Both the position numbers and the translations under genes were made by a program. A stretch of 64,000 bases of DNA from the human T2T-CHM13v2.0 reference genome, Homo sapiens: the NCBI RefSeq assembly GCF_009914755.1, contig NC_060925.1; one strand, given 5' to 3'. Shown here in pieces: positions 1-15,039 of the stretch. Within the stretch, counting starts at the first letter, position 1. Every line of letters begins with the position of its first letter. The notes under the pieces are model-generated. The model searched no databases and had not been told where the DNA came from. It was given only the letters and a program-made list of their open reading frames with translations.

Positions 1-1507
1 CAGAATTAGAAAAAATTACTTTAAATTTTACATGGAACCAAAAAAGAGCTCGTATAGCCAAGACAATCCTAAGCAAAAAGAACAAAGCTGGAGGCATCAC
101 GCTACCTGACTTCAAACTATACTACAAGGTTACAGTAACCAAAACAGCATGATACTGGTACCAAAACAGATATATAGACCAATGGAATAGAACAGAGGCC
201 TCAGAAATAATGCCATAATCCGATCTTTGACAAATCTGACAAAAACAAACGATGGGGAAAAGATTCCCTATTTAATAAATGGTGTTGGGAAAACAGGCTA
301 GCCATATGGAGAAAGCTGAAACTGGATCCCTTCCTTAAACCTTATATAAAAATTAACTCAAGATGGATTAAAGACTTAAACATAAGATCTAAAACCATAA
401 AAACCCTAGAAGAAAACCTAGGCAATACCATTCAGGACATAGGCATGGGCAAAGACTTCATGACTAAAACACCAAAAGCAATGGCAACAAAAGCCAAAAT
501 TGACAAATGGGATCTAATTAAACTAAAGAGCTTCTGCACAGCAAAAGAAACTATCATCAGTGTGAACAGGCAACCTACAGAATGGGAGAAAATTTTTGCA
601 ATCTATCCATCTGACAAAAGGCTAATATCCAGAATCTACAAAGAACTTAAACAAATTTACAAGAAAAAAAACAATCCCATCAAAAAGTAGGTGAAGGATA
701 TAAACAGACACTTCTCAAAAGAAGACATTTATACAGCCAACACGCATATGAAAAAGAGCTCATCATCACTGGTCATTAGAGCAATGCAAATCAAAACCAC
801 AATGAGATACCATCTCACACCAGTTAGAATGGCAATCATTAAAAAGTCAGGAAACAGCAAGTTGCTGGAGAGGATGTGGAGAAATAGGAATGCTTTTACA
901 CTGTTGGTGAGAGTGTAAATTAGTTCAACCATTGTGGAAGACAGTGTAGCAATTCCTCAAGGATCTAGAACTAGAAATACCATCTGAACCAGCAATACCC
1001 AAAGGATTATAAATCATTCTACTATAAAGACACATGCACACGTATGTTTATTGCAGCACTGTTCACAATAGCAAAGACTTGAAACCAACCCAAATGCCCA
1101 TCAGTGATAGATTGGATAAAGAAAATGTGGCTCATATACACCATGGAATACTACGCAGCCATAAAAAAGGATGAGTTCATGTCCTTTGCAGGTACATGGA
1201 TGAAGCTGGAAACCATCATTCTCAGCAAACAAACACAGGAACAGAAAACCAAACACTGCATGTTCTCACTCATAAGTGGGAGTTGAACGATGAAAACACA
1301 TGGACACAGGGAGGGGAACATCACACACCAGGGCCTTTCGAGGGGTGAGGGGCTGGGGGAGAGATAACATTAGGAGAAATACTAATGTAGATAATGGGTT
1401 GATGGGTGCAACAAACCACCATGGCATGTGTATACCTATGTAACAAACCTGCATGTTCTGAACATGTATCCTAGAACTTAAAGTATAATTTAAAAAAAGA
1501 AAAAAAA
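1..1507 (+). mobile_element. L1PA (approx. L1PA7) 3' fragment: end of ORF2, 3' UTR, poly(A); cut by the window start
   Basis: ORF2 C-terminal peptides ([12 protein letters not shown].., MEYYAAIKKDEF..) broken by stops and small deletions; G-rich 3' UTR; A-tail ~1492-1507. Confidence 0.95.
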
Positions 1508-1579
1508 TGCATACTTGATTGAGCTAGAAAATGTGCTTGTCTGGAGGTCTCTAATCTGTGTTGCTAATACATAGAATGA

Positions 1580-1940
1580 CATAATAGAAAGACTATGGAC
1601 CGAGAAACCAATACTCAGACCAGCTGCGATTGAGTTCTAACGCCAGCTCTTCTGTTAACTCAGTGTATGGGTTCTTCTCCTTGTGGCTCCATTTACCCAT
1701 TTGTTAAAAAGAGGATTGGACTAGATTAACTCTAATGAGAGTATCTTTCAGATCAGAATACCTAAGGGTTTCTTTTCTTTCTCTATTGCCAAAGCTCATG
1801 TATTTATTAATGTATTCCACAGATGCTTATTGAATGTCTTCTCTGTATGTCAGGCATTGTGCTATGTCATGCAGAACAGGCCTGTAAACAAGGCACACAC
1901 AGTCCCTGGCCTTGGGGTCCCTTCCTCCAGTGAGAAAGTT
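1580..1940. repeat. MIR-like fragment followed by an L2 3' fragment (minus)
   Basis: MIR core-like sequence at 1640-1750; L2 tail 'gcttattgaatgtc..caggcattgtgcta' at ~1820-1865. Confidence 0.55.
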
Positions 1941-2547
1941 GTGTTCCCTCCTACTGGGTTGACTATAATTTTTTTTTTTAATTCACTCATTGTTTAAAGC
2001 AAGATCTTAGAGGAATGGGAAGTTATTCTTATTGGGAGAATTGCTTGTCATCATAGAGTTCTCTTTGATGAGATAGAGAAATTTAGAAAGATTAAACTCC
2101 TAAATTGCATTTCCTTGTGAATTGTTGTAATGGACCAGAATAAACACAAATTTGGTGTTTTCTAGCATTTTAGTGACAGTGTGGGTACACCTCACATTAC
2201 AATGTAAATCCATTTTAAAAATGCAGTTAGTAACTTATGTTTTATTAACTCTCGTATTTTTAGAGTACCAGAGTAAACTGACCGTTTGAAGGAATGCTTC
2301 ATATAGTGAGTCATATTGTCATGTAATTATGACCCAACCTATATTTTTATTTCATTAAAGGACTTTTCTTAATGCAAAGCATCTTTAAACTTCCATGTAA
2401 AGGAGATAATTATATTAAAATATTCATAACCACATTTTGACACAGCATTGCTCGTTTTGTTCCTTTGATCTAATAGTTTGTAGAAAATAGAATGTATCAA
2501 AATATCTCATTTAATTTTACCTGAGAAACACCATACTTTTTCAGGGT

Positions 2548-2930
2548 GTATAAGTCAGGATAAGCTGGCTATGATGCTATAACAAACAACTCCAAACTCT
2601 CAGAGGTTTAAAACACTATAGGTTTTCTTCTTGCTCATATGACACATTCATCTTGGGTATGGATGAATTGGACTGATCACAATTACTCTGGAACCCAGGC
2701 TGACAGCCGCCACCATCTCAAACATTTTCATGGTAAGTGCAAGAGAGCAAAAAGAGCTCTGAGAGGGTCTCACTTTGGCAAAGAATTGTGTGGTTATATC
2801 CAGTTATAAATCACTGGCTAGAATTAGTCACATGCTCCATATTTTCACAGAGGGGCAGGAAGTACTATCCTACCATCTGCCTAGGAAGAAGACAGCTGGG
2901 ACACTTGATGAATAATGCTAATTACTACCA
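2548..2930. mobile_element. Old MaLR LTR (MLT1J/K-like)
   Basis: Begins 'tgtataagtcaggataagctggctatgatgctataacaaacaactccaaactctcag', typical of MLT1K-type LTR ends. Confidence 0.65.
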
Positions 2931-4009
2931 AACACGGTATGGAAGAGTTGTTTTCAGGCATTAGCTCCCTTAATTTGCTAGAGAATCAATTAACACTTGG
3001 TTAGCTTAGCAATGTATTTAGTTGAAAAAACTTTTTTCTGAATATTTCAAAGCACTAACTTTTTTGAGAAGATCTACTGCATTGTACTACATATTGCTGG
3101 AATTCTAGCAACATCTTCAAATTTTAGATTTGTGACAATATTTGTAATGATATGTATTTTATACTTTTGCCCATGGATATTAATGACATTTTTACTGTGA
3201 TTCTCAAAAGCATTAAAAAAGAAGAAAGGTTAGGTCATATAAATGGTATGATTAGTTTTGTTTCTTTAATTCTTTTTCCCTTGGTGTTTTTTTAGACGCA
3301 GAGTTTTGCTTTGAATTGCTCTTCCAGTATTATTTTGAGAGTGCTCTACTAGTGCTTACTCATTTTCCATTCTAATAACAATTCTAAGCCAGAACAAATA
3401 GGAATTTATCAGAAAATTATGGTCCACTCTCAACTACTTCTAAATATCAATCTCAAAAGTTCATTTAATAATTCAACTTTCTTAGGTATAGTAATAAACA
3501 ATGTATAAGTGCCTTTTAATATACATCTTAAAGTATTATTTTTATATTTATTAATACTTGTATTCATTTATAAATTTACTTATTTAACAAACTTTTATTG
3601 TACTCATGTAGCAGGCATTCAAACTGATTTAATGGTTTAAAATATATTTAATTGTATACTAAGAATTTATGAGAATTTACAAATATTTTCTTTTTTTTTT
3701 TTTCTAAGTAAGTTTGTTGTGCTTTAAAGGTTGTACGGTTCTATTCTTCCATATGAAACTGACAATACAAACCTAAAAATGGGAAATACATTTTGGACTA
3801 CATGTCCAGAGGCAGGGGCTAGACTACCTTCTTTCCTATGGCTTTTTGCAGAAGAATGATACATGTATTTGGAAGATAAATGGCAGGGAGGTATTAGTGT
3901 AATATATTGCTGTCAAATATTCTGGGATTCATACTTTATTCACTTAACCAGCCAAAAGTGACTATGTGTTTACAGTGGGTCTTATGATTTGGTAAGGACT
4001 TAAAATATA

Positions 4010-4640
4010 AAGATTAAGACATGAGCCATATTCTCATGGAGTTCACACTCAACTGGGGGAAATAGATATGCCAATATACAATTAACAAGTATATAATGTA
4101 ATAAGTTCTATGGTAAAGGTATCTACTGAGCACAATGGAAATACCAACCAACCTGGAGGCATCAGTGAGATCTTCCAAGAATGGAAGTGACATTCGATTA
4201 GGTCTTGGGGTGAAATACACTGGGGAAGAAAGGAAGGAGAACATTGCATCTATAACAAGCAATGCATGTATAACAAGCAGCATGAGTGACTAAATGAGTG
4301 AACATGTGAAAAAATGTGCACCTGGAGGACTCCATACATGAGGTGTGCGGTGCAGTAGCAGGAAATGAGGCCAAAAGAAAACCCGGGTCTGGACAGGACG
4401 GGATCTTGGCTTGAGTTTGCCTCAAATAAGAAAGGATAGGCTAAAGGATAAGAGAGGAGAGGCTAAAGAGCTTCTGGAGAGGCATTAACTAAAGGGATTG
4501 GAATTTATCTAGTAGGCATCTGGGATCATTGAATTGTATAAAGCAAGAGTGACATGGTCAGGCTGTTATATTCAGGAAAATAAGTAATTGTAGTGAGAGA
4601 CAGAGAGGAATAAATTAGAGACAGTGAAGCCTGGAGGCAC
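4010..4640 (-). repeat. L2 fragments
   Basis: 'ctcatggagttcacactc..', 'ggaatttatctagtaggc..aagcaagagtgacatggtcag' L2-like motifs. Confidence 0.55.
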
Positions 4641-6849
4641 AAAAACTTACATCTTGGCTTCATCAGCTTAATTTGCCAGTGACTAGACGCTAGGCAATTG
4701 AGATAGGTGACTAATTTTTGTACTTTAATTTATAATATTATGACTATGTGCTTAGAAAATGACACCTGGTCCTTTAATAACTTGATTGCTTTTTCTATAT
4801 AAAACATCTCCATTAAATTTTCTTTGAAGTACCAATGCATTTTCTAGAAAGCAGAAGACATGTTAATAGCAGCGATTGCCTTTCTCTGCTATGAACATCT
4901 ATGTGGTACTAAGTAGTTATTTAGGCATCTCTATTAATAGACAGTAATAGGTATGCTGGGGAGATTTCTAAGGGAATCATTTCATGAAGCACCTTATATG
5001 ACTTTAATAAAAAACCCATTAATGAATAAAGGAATAAGTTGATCAAGTCACACATTTGTAGCCACCAGCATAGTTTGGAGAATGATATGTAGTGGAAGTG
5101 AAATGAAAATGCTGAGAGTGATATTTATTCCAACTATTTCCGAAGTAGAATATGATAGTCCCTGAAAATATTCAGAGAGGATGGTGTTATCAGCAGTATG
5201 AGCTGTTTTTGAGAAATCGAGAATGTAAATGAGGGAGAATGATTCATGCCAAAATTGACTAACTCCAAGTAATCATCTCTAGAATGCTTAAGTAGGTATT
5301 TTGCTATATTCCTGTAGCTATAACAATATATCATTTGAAAGATTTTCAGAAATGAGCATCATTATCAATAATGAAAAAAGTAGGTCATAATCTCTTTTTC
5401 CTTTGGACTTTTAAATGCCAAGTCTTGTATCTTATGAATATAAAATCCATTATCTGTGTTACCAAGATATATCCATCATTATTGCTTCTCTCTGTTTTGA
5501 AATAACATCATTTTTCCTAGGCAGACTAGGTAGATTCTGGTATAAAAAATTTGGTAATATGTTATGACTGTGCATTTATTGGATTTTATGTTTATTTTAA
5601 ACTTATATGTTTTGATTTTTAAGTTTCTAAACATTTAGGTCCCTTGCACTTTCGCATAGAAGTGTGTTTTAATGCATATGCCTTGTGGTCAGATAGCCAG
5701 TTGTTTTGGGAATCAGTTTGCCATTTAGACACTCAGTCCCCCAAAAGGCCGGGAGAATATTCCTTCAAATGGCCCACTGGGCAAATGTGTACACTTCTTT
5801 ATCTTGCCATATTTTGGAGAGGATATTTTTTGTCAATTGGGATTATGCATTTGTTAGAGCCTGTGAGTTCTTGGGAGATCCGTGTATCTTAGCTTTTTGA
5901 GTTTTAGAATTTTTTCTCGGTATAACATTTTAAAGGTTAGATTATTTGGGAAGAGGTGTGATAAAGCTGAATATATTCCTGTGGAAGAAACAATTTGTAA
6001 TCTGGATTAGCTTTCTGTGACGGAAAGTAGTTTTGGCCAAAAGGTGACAATATTCTTCAACTGGTAAGTGTGGAATTGGATGAGAGACACAATCAATCTG
6101 AAGGTGTATGCTGTTTACCAAAAAGTAGACTAGAAATGGAGGAAAATGAGGAATTAAATTCTATCTAATATACTCTGATTCACTTAGTGTTTCTGCATAA
6201 CTATTTCTGGACATTATTTTCAATTTTTTCCTTTATTTAGATGCAGTTCCACTGTAACTAGTCTTACTACAAGCAAGCCTTTTCAGTAAAGAGAGGAGAA
6301 AATATACTCTACTGTTTTTTATTTCTTTGGAATCAAATGTTTGTTGAATGCTACATTGGGCCATGCATAGAGTTGAACATGACAAATTGTTGCCAAAGAA
6401 AATTCTAGACTGGTGAATAATTTGTCTTGAATGTTTTTTGATTACATTTAGGTAAAGTTGTTGGAGCAAAGTGTTCTGTTGGCTGCAAATCTATCCGTTC
6501 TGTTTGTTTCAGAAAAACCCAGGGCTAGCCAGCTTTGAGCATTAGTTAATTGACAATATTAGGAAAAAAAATCAGCTCCAGAACCATTTCCATTGATTGG
6601 GAAGACACACAGAATTATTCCTTAAAGTGGTCCCATTTCCATAGAAGGAAACTGAAGGTAAATGAGTGACAGAATTGCTTCAACCCACAGATAATTATGA
6701 ATGAATGTAGATTTACTAATGTAGGTACTCAAACTCAGTGACTATGTTTATATTGATATATAAAATATATATTTATCTTTATGATTTTATGTATAAAATA
6801 ATATATACTGTATTTTATAGAGTAACTGATTTTTAGAAGAGACATTTTG

Positions 6850-7045
6850 GTTGGAGAAAGATGTTTAGAGTGAGACAGCTGGGTTTGAATAAAACTTCAG
6901 TACTTAGTATTTTTCAGCTTTGAATCTCAGAACAAGAGTTTCTTTGAATGTACAATGGGAGATGAAAGTACATATCATGCAAAGTTGTTACTATATTTGC
7001 AAACTTGGACACAATAGACACCTAGGAATTGGTAGTTATTATCCT
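6850..7045 (+). repeat. MIR
   Basis: 'agagtgagacagctgggtttgaat..tacttag..aatgggagatga' MIR layout. Confidence 0.55.
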
Positions 7046-7282
7046 TTTGCTACTAATTTATGTTTAACAAATATTCCAGTGCTATTGTGATCAGAAGACT
7101 GCAGGAAGGTATTGTGGGAAAAACACTAAAAGGAACAACACAAGATCTCTCTCTTTAAAGGACTTTGATACAGTTTTTGAAGAGACAGACACATTCATAC
7201 ATCCAATAAATCTTAAAGAATTCTAATCTAAAGCATACAAAACAATGCAAAACCATTATAGGACATAAATGTAGCACTGGGT

Positions 7283-7583
7283 TTTTTTTTTCTTTTTTCT
7301 CTTGAGACAGTCTTGCCCTGTCACCCAAGCTGGAAAGCAATGGCACGATGCCGGCTCACTGTAACGTCCACCTCCTGGGTTCAAACAATTCCCCTGCCTC
7401 AGCCTCCCGAGTAGCTGGGACTGCAGGTGCATGCCACCATGCCCAGCTAATTTTTGGATTTTTAGTAGAGATGGAGTTTTGCCATGTTGATCAGGCTGGT
7501 CTTGAGCTTCTGACCTCAGGTGGTCTGCCTGCCTCAGCCTCCCAAAGTGCTGGAATTACAGGTGTGAGCCACTATACCTGGCC
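7283..7583 (-). mobile_element. AluS
   Basis: Full-length reverse Alu with T-tail. Confidence 0.95.
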
Positions 7584-8039
7584 TGGAATAATTTTTATGT
7601 CACCAAGATGGAAATTTTAGATCATGGTTGCCCTCTTTTCCAATTTCTACTTAGAGATTTCCTCCTTACATGTGGCGATAATAAAGTACTTTTAATAAAC
7701 TAAAAAATGTCCTTAAAAACCATTATCAATAATTATGATGTGATCAATGACAATAAATAGACTATTTGTAATTATCATGGATTGCTTCAACCTGATTCTA
7801 TATTAAGGTCTCATTGTTATTTCTAATAAACTACTGATTGCTAAAGCTGCATTTTTAAGTTGGCTCATTATATAGGAAATATTTAGATGTTAACATAACT
7901 ATAGGTGCTCATAGTTGATCACTCTACAATGCTTGGGTGTTGCCATTCCCTTCTCCCTGGGTCATGGCAGACATTACCTATTAATCAAGGCATCTTTGTT
8001 TCTATTCATTGCAGTCTCACAAACCTTCTCATGTCAGTG

Positions 8040-10397
8040 TGATATGGTTTAGATTTGTGTCCCTGCCCAAATCTCATATTGAATTGGAGGAGGGATCTGG
8101 TGGGAGGTGAATGAATCATGGGGGTGGAATTTCCCTTGGTGTTCTTGTGATAGTGGGTGAACTCTCACAAGATCTGATGGTTTAAAGTGTGTGGCACTTC
8201 CCCCTTGCTCTCTTTCTCTTCTGCTTCACCATAGTATGATGCGCTTGCTTCCCTTTCACCTTCCATCATGACTGTAAGTTTCCTGAGGCCTCCTAGCCAT
8301 GCTTCCTGTACATCCTGTGAACTGTCAGTCAATTATACCTCTTTTTTTCATAAATTACCCAGTCTCAAGTAGTTGTTTATAGCAGCATAAGAACAGACTA
8401 ATACAGAAATTTGATACTGGGGGAGTGGGGCACTCTTATAAAGACAGCTGAAAATGTGGAAGCAACTTTTGTAACTGGGTAATGCTCAAAGGTTGGAACA
8501 GTTTGGAGGACTCAGAATAAGACAGGAAGATGTGGGAAAGTGTTGAACTTCCTAGAGACTTGTTGAATGGTTTTGACCAAAATGCTGATAGTGATATGGA
8601 CAATGAAGTCTAGGCTGAGGTGATCTTAGATGGAAATGAGAAACTTATTCAGAACTGGAGTAAAGTTGACTCTTGCTATGTTTTAGCAAAGAGACTGGTG
8701 GCATTTTGCACCTGCCCTAGAGATCTGTGGAACTTTGAACTTGAGAGATGATTTAGGCTATCTGGTGGAAGAAACTTCTAAGCAGCAAAGCATTCAGGAT
8801 GTAACCTGGCTGTTTCTAAAAGTGTATGCTCATATGCATGGGCAAAGAGATTATCTGAAACTGGAACTTATATTTAAAAGGGAAGTAGAGTGTAAAAGTT
8901 CAGAAAATTTGCAGCCTGGCCATGTGGTAGAAAAGAAAAACCCATTTTCTGGGTAGAAATTCAAGCCTACTTCAGAAATTTGCATAAGGAAAGAGGAGCT
9001 GAATGATAATAGCCAAGACAATGGGGAAAATGTTTCCAGGGCATTTCAGGGACCTTCACTGCAGCTCCCATTACAGGCCCAGAGGTGTAGGAGGGAAAAA
9101 TGGTTTTGTGGACCTGGCCCAGGGCCCTGTTGCTGTCTGTAGCCTTGGAACAAGGCACCTTGCATCCCAGACACTCCAGCTCCAGCTGTGGCTAAAAGGA
9201 GCCAAGGTACAGCTCAGGCCATTGCTTCAGGGGGAGTAAGCCCCAAGCCTTGGTGGCTTCCATCTGGTGTTGGGCTTGCAGGTGCACAGAAGACAGGAGT
9301 TGAGGATTGGAAACCTCCACCTAGATTTCAGAGGATGTATGAAAACATCTGGATGTCAAGGTAGAAGTCTGCTTCAGGGGTGGAGCCCTCCTGGAGAACC
9401 TCTACTAGGGTAGTGTGGAGGGGAACTGTGGGGTTGAAGCTCCCACACAGAGTCCCCACTGAGACACTGCCCAGTGGAGCTGTGAGAAGAGGACCACTGT
9501 CCTCCAGACCCCAGAATGGTAGATCCATCGACAGCTTGCACCATGTGCCTGGAAAAGCCTCAGGTACTCAATGCCAGCCTGTTAAAGCAGATGTAGGGGC
9601 TGTATGCAGTAAAGCCACAGTGGCAGAGCTGCCCAAGGCCTTGGGAGCCCACCCCTTGAATCAGCATGCCCTGGATGAGAGACATGGAGTCTAAGGACAT
9701 TATTTTGCAGCTTTAAGATTTAATGACCACCCTGCTGGATTTCAGACTGGCACGGTGCCTGTAGCCCCTTTGGTTTGGCTGCTTTCTTCCTTTTGGAATG
9801 GGAGCATTTACACAATTCCTGTACCCTCATTTTATTTTGGAAGTAATTAACTTGTGTTTGATTTTACAGGCTTATAGGCAGAAGGGGCTTGCCTTGTCTC
9901 AGATTAGACTTTGGACTTGGACTTTTGAGTTAATGCTGGAATGAGTTAAGACTCTGTGGGACTGTTGGGGAGGCATGATTGGTTTTGAAATGTGAGAAGG
10001 TCATGAGATTTGGGAGGGTCCAGGGATGGAATGATATGGTTTGGGTTTGTGTCCCCAACCAAATCTCATGTCAAATTGGAGGCGGGACCTGGTGAGAGGT
10101 GATTAGATTATGGGGGCAGATTTCCTCTTGGTGTTCTTGTGATAGTGAGTGAGTTCTCATAAGATCTGATGATTTAAAAGTGTGTGGCACTTCCTGCTTA
10201 TCTCTCTGTCTCTCCTGCCCACTTGTGGTAAGACGTGCTTGCTTCCCATTTACCTTCCATCATGATTTAAGTTTCCTGAGGCTTCCTAGCAATGCTTCTT
10301 GTACAGCCTGCAGAACTGTGAGTCAATTAAATCTCTTTTCTTCATAAATTACTCAGTCTTAGGTAGTTCTTTATAGCAGTGTGAGAATGGACTAACA
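8040..10397 (+). mobile_element. Full-length MaLR provirus (MSTA/THE1D-like): 5' LTR 8040-8405, internal 8406-10031, 3' LTR 10032-10397
   Basis: Two ~366-bp LTRs (TGATATGG...CTAA(TA)CA), MaLR internal sequence, 5-bp TSD CAGTG/GAGTG. Confidence 0.92.
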
Positions 10398-10645
10398 GAG
10401 TGTTTCAGGTAGTCACAGCCAACTAGTTTGACTTGACACATGTGATAGGATCTATTTTTCATCCCATCATAAGCATTTTTGAGTTTGAGAAAGTTCACAC
10501 TCACTATGTTAACTGAAGCTACCTTGTAGCCCTGTAAATCTATTTTTAGGAAACTTGATCTACTAGTTATAATTCTCCCTTTTTCTTCTGGTCTCATTAT
10601 ATGCTAGAATTCCTTGATTATCAACTCTGAAAACATGGCAGAATG

Positions 10646-10837
10646 CAGTGGTTCACAAATATTGGTGTGCATCAGATTCACCTGAAGACTTGTTAAGGGA
10701 TTTCTGGGTCCCACTCCCCAGAGTTTCTGATTCAGTAGGTAGCAATATTTTAAACAGGTTTAGAAAGCTTTTAAGAGATATAAACTCAAGTGATGCCTTT
10801 GGTGCCAATCATGGAGCCACATTTGGAGAACTACTGA
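10646..10837. mobile_element. MER5A-like hAT-Charlie DNA transposon
   Basis: Termini 'cagtggttcacaaa' and 'ttggagaactactg'; internal 'cccagagtttctgattcagtaggt'. Confidence 0.8.
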
Positions 10838-11489
10838 CATAATGAAAAGAACATAGACTTAATTACAGAGAAAAAAGCATTGAGAGCATCATTACTAGAT
10901 TCTTGAAACTCAATTGTTTTCAATGAAGTTTTCCCAATAATAAAGCCTGTATCATGGAATTACTTGAAGCATTACCTGAGAAATATTTCAAATATTTAGC
11001 AGTAATAACCCCTCAGTGAATGTACATTCACTGTACTTTTTGTACTTTGTGCACTTTGTAATAAAAAAATCAGATCTAACATTGTTCTATGTACCATAGG
11101 GAAATGGAGATGGCGATGTATAGTTCTTGTTCTTTCTTCCATGAACTGTTGTTACATATTCTAATCTTCAGAAACTCACTTTGTGTTATCCTATACAGCA
11201 TACCATATTTGCTCTTTGCTCTGAAAAGCTTGCTTTAGGCACTAAGGAGAAAGTTTTACTTTTTTACTTTGAGTTTGGAGAAGTGCACAAATGGTAATCC
11301 AGCAGGTAACTGTGTATAAAAGCTGTGGAGCCACATTAGGCTGGGATTTCCCTCTTTACAGGTAATATTTTTAAATGAATGTGATAATACTTAGAGCATA
11401 TTTTACATCCTGCAAAGGAGTATACTATTCAAATATTTGTGCCAGATTGCGTTGTAAATGCAGCACCATTTAATTTTAATTTAATTTAA

Positions 11490-11797
<308 letters not shown>

Positions 11798-13209
11798 GCA
11801 CTATCATTTAATTTTAAATTTTCACTTATTAGTTCACTTGAATTGCCCTGAAGAATACTTGGTCCGAACATTTACATCTATGGATAAGGCACTGAGAAAC
11901 AGAAAGCCTGAAGGAATTTCTCAAGGATGATGAAGAACCTGGCTTAGGTTTGATCTCAAAACACAGACTGCTTATAAATAATTCACTCACTTAGGTCATT
12001 CTCCTCCATGATTGCTCTTCAGTTTACCAGAGGTTTAATTTGTTTCCCCAAGTATTTTCACATGCAGATTCTTTATATATTACTGTATTTTTGTGCTTAG
12101 TAATCTTAATAAAAATATCAAGAGTACTGTTTAGGAAATATGTTATCTATGGCAAAATAGTTCTTAATTATAATGTAGTGTTTTTGGACAGTATAAATGA
12201 TAGCTTAGAATTGAAAAGAGAATTACTATGCTTACCATAAATCTCCTTGACAACAAGTTCAATGTTTTGAATACTGAATCATTTAGAATTTTATGCAGAT
12301 TTATAGGTCTCTCACCTTGGCATCTCATTCCTTTTTTATACATCTGGGATTTTAACAGATGTATAAAATCTGTTATAATTATTACTGCTTTATTTATCCC
12401 CATAATTATTACTGCTTTAACAAATATTTTTGGCCATCCAACTCATTTGTATTTGAAATGTTTGCCTAGTTTTTACTATCATCATCATCATCCATCATCT
12501 TCATCTTTCTTCAATATTTATTGAGCTTTGAAAAACTGTGAAAATCAACTTCAAAGAACATCTTGATTACTTTACTGAAATGAAGGTCCTTATTGGAACC
12601 CTCACTCCAGAAAAAAAGAAGTGATTCACAGATTCTGGGTCTTCTTTCTAAGGGATATATAATGTCAGTTAGGCAGTTACCATCCCCCAAACTGCTTGCT
12701 TCTCATTTTGTAATGAAAAGAAAGCTCTCTCAGCATATAGTATTCTGTACAGATTGCCTTCCTGCCTTTGGCGGAGCTCCTGTTTCTCTGTGAATCATTC
12801 CTTGGTACACAGTGTTACCATTGTGTTATCTGAAAGAGCGAATCCTGCTGGGTGGTGGTGCCGCTACTCCATTGGGAAGGTCACAAGTTCATGTCTGCTT
12901 TGCCTTCTGTCTAGTGAAATGTGTTCCCACTAAGGAATAGAGAATTGCAATATTTTTCTGCTTATGGAAGGTCAGGCGTTCAGTGGTACCCTAGCAGTGT
13001 TGGCTAAAAGGCCATCAATAGTGGCAAATTCAAGGCAAGGCTTAATCTTGCCTGTTGTCTATCATTCCACATGTTTTTTTACACCTCTTCTCAGTGGCTG
13101 AAAAATGAATTTGCTTAAGGACTTGGTTGAAGTGACTGAGGATGAAGCAGGAGGCCCTTAATGGGACCCTGGAGTGAAAGCGCTTGCAGTTTAACTAAGT
13201 GGTCTTTAT

Positions 13210-13560
13210 TGATTAAGCAGGCATTTATTGAACATCAGCTCTATGCCAGACACTGCTTTAGGTGCTGGAGTTACTGAGGTAAATGAAACACCAAAGGTCT
13301 CTGTTGTTTCAGGGCTTTTATTCTAGTGGAGGTGTCAGGCAATAGCAATGGCAGAGAGTGAGTGACAGAAGCTGTTAGGAGATTAAAGCTGAGGAAGGTA
13401 CGAGAAAGGGCAGGGCTGTTGTTTTACATCAGGTCATTAGGGACAGACTTTCTGAGGAGAAGACGTATGAACAGAAGAGAACCATAGAAAGATCTAGAGA
13501 GAGAGCTTTCCAGAAAGAGGTAAAAGCAAACAGATCCTGAAGTGAGTGTGAGTCGCCATG
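13210..13560 (-). repeat. L2
   Basis: 'catttattgaacatcagctctatgccagacactgctttaggtgctggag' L2 3' end. Confidence 0.75.
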
Positions 13561-15039
13561 AGACGGGTGCCACAAATTCAACATTTGTTTGAAATAAGAA
13601 TATTTTGTTGATAATGATTATACACATCTATATAAAATACATTTAAAAACACGACATTATGCACAAAAAACCATCACCACTTTTAAAAATATGTGTATAT
13701 AATGAAGGTATAAAATAATATTTTCTGTCATAAATTTTTCCCCAGTAGAGCCATCATAGGGTTAAAACAATATGTTTTATACATAATGTACTGTAACTGC
13801 TTTTTTAACAACTGAAAATGTACAGAAAAATGGTGTTTTGACTGTCTATCTTTAGTCTTCAGCTGTTGCTGTCACGATTCAGAAATTTGGATCTCTGCCT
13901 TAAGAAGCACATTTTCTTAGCTATAAAAAAATCTGATGGAATCTACAACTGTAATCATAGGCTGTGACTTTAGAATATAAATCACTTGTTATAAAAGGGG
14001 GGTGTTGGTGTTTCTTTTCTTTTCATTTGATTCTCATTTGTGTTCTCAATATGCTTTACTTTGAGTTTGTTCGTATTTGGATGAAGATAAAATTTTCCTT
14101 GGCTTCAGTGTGTGGCAAGCAGTGCCCATTTATTTTAATAGATACTGTACCAACTAAATCCCAATATGTGTCAGGAAATTCAGAAAACTGAACCCAGAAA
14201 TGATGCTAGACACAGATAGAAAGGAGGACTTCAAAAATTCCTACATGTTACTTTGGTGATTGGTGTGAAGGAGTACTTTATAGTATCTTCTAAAAGTACA
14301 GTTACTTTCAGAAAAATGAGAAAAATTTAAAAAGATTAAAAAACACAGTATCATTAGAATTTGGTCTCTTGCCTCTAAATTTTCTAAATTACCAAAAATA
14401 AAATAAAAGAAATTTATTGGCTATAGATAATATAGCACAAATTGGATAATTTTAAATCACAGACATGTAAAATCAGTACAGATTTCACACCAAAACACTA
14501 TTTGTAGCAATAGTAGCCATGAGAATTAAGTATCTGACCTGGGAGGCCCCAAAATATCAATCTCAGGTGTGTCCGTTAGAAGGTAAAAAATCTGGAAATA
14601 GAATCCTGAGATGATATTTCTACCTATAATACTTAAGGTAAAGAAAAGGAGGTACATAAGAAACGTTTCTAGATTTTAACACAAGAGACAAATAAATTCT
14701 TTTTGACATGAAAGACAAATAAATTTTGAGTTGCAAATGAGTGAACATGCCAAGGTACGTTAAACTAATATACTTTCTTCCAAAACTGGCTTAAGATTGG
14801 TAAAAGTGCATTCAGGCGAAATTATTTTTAAAAATTACTCATTAATAAAATTTTGCTAATTTTTGTTGCTTATTCAAATTGCTTTGTGTTGTCCTGAAAT
14901 ATGAAATTATGGAGAAACAATTCTAGTTTCAGGATACAACTTAATTGGAGTTAATAGGTTTTTAATACAGTGTGTTGTATTTATGTGTATATAAATATGG
15001 CGTATTCATGTTTCCTTTTTTTTTTTTTGCAATAAAGTA

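Noticed and set aside
445-1286. ORFs resembling L1 ORF2
   Set aside because: Fragments of a decayed L1PA with stops and deletions; not functional genes.
8735-9694. ORFs inside the MaLR internal region (similar ones at 61107-62410)
   Set aside because: Broken remnants of MaLR internal sequence; no intact long frame.
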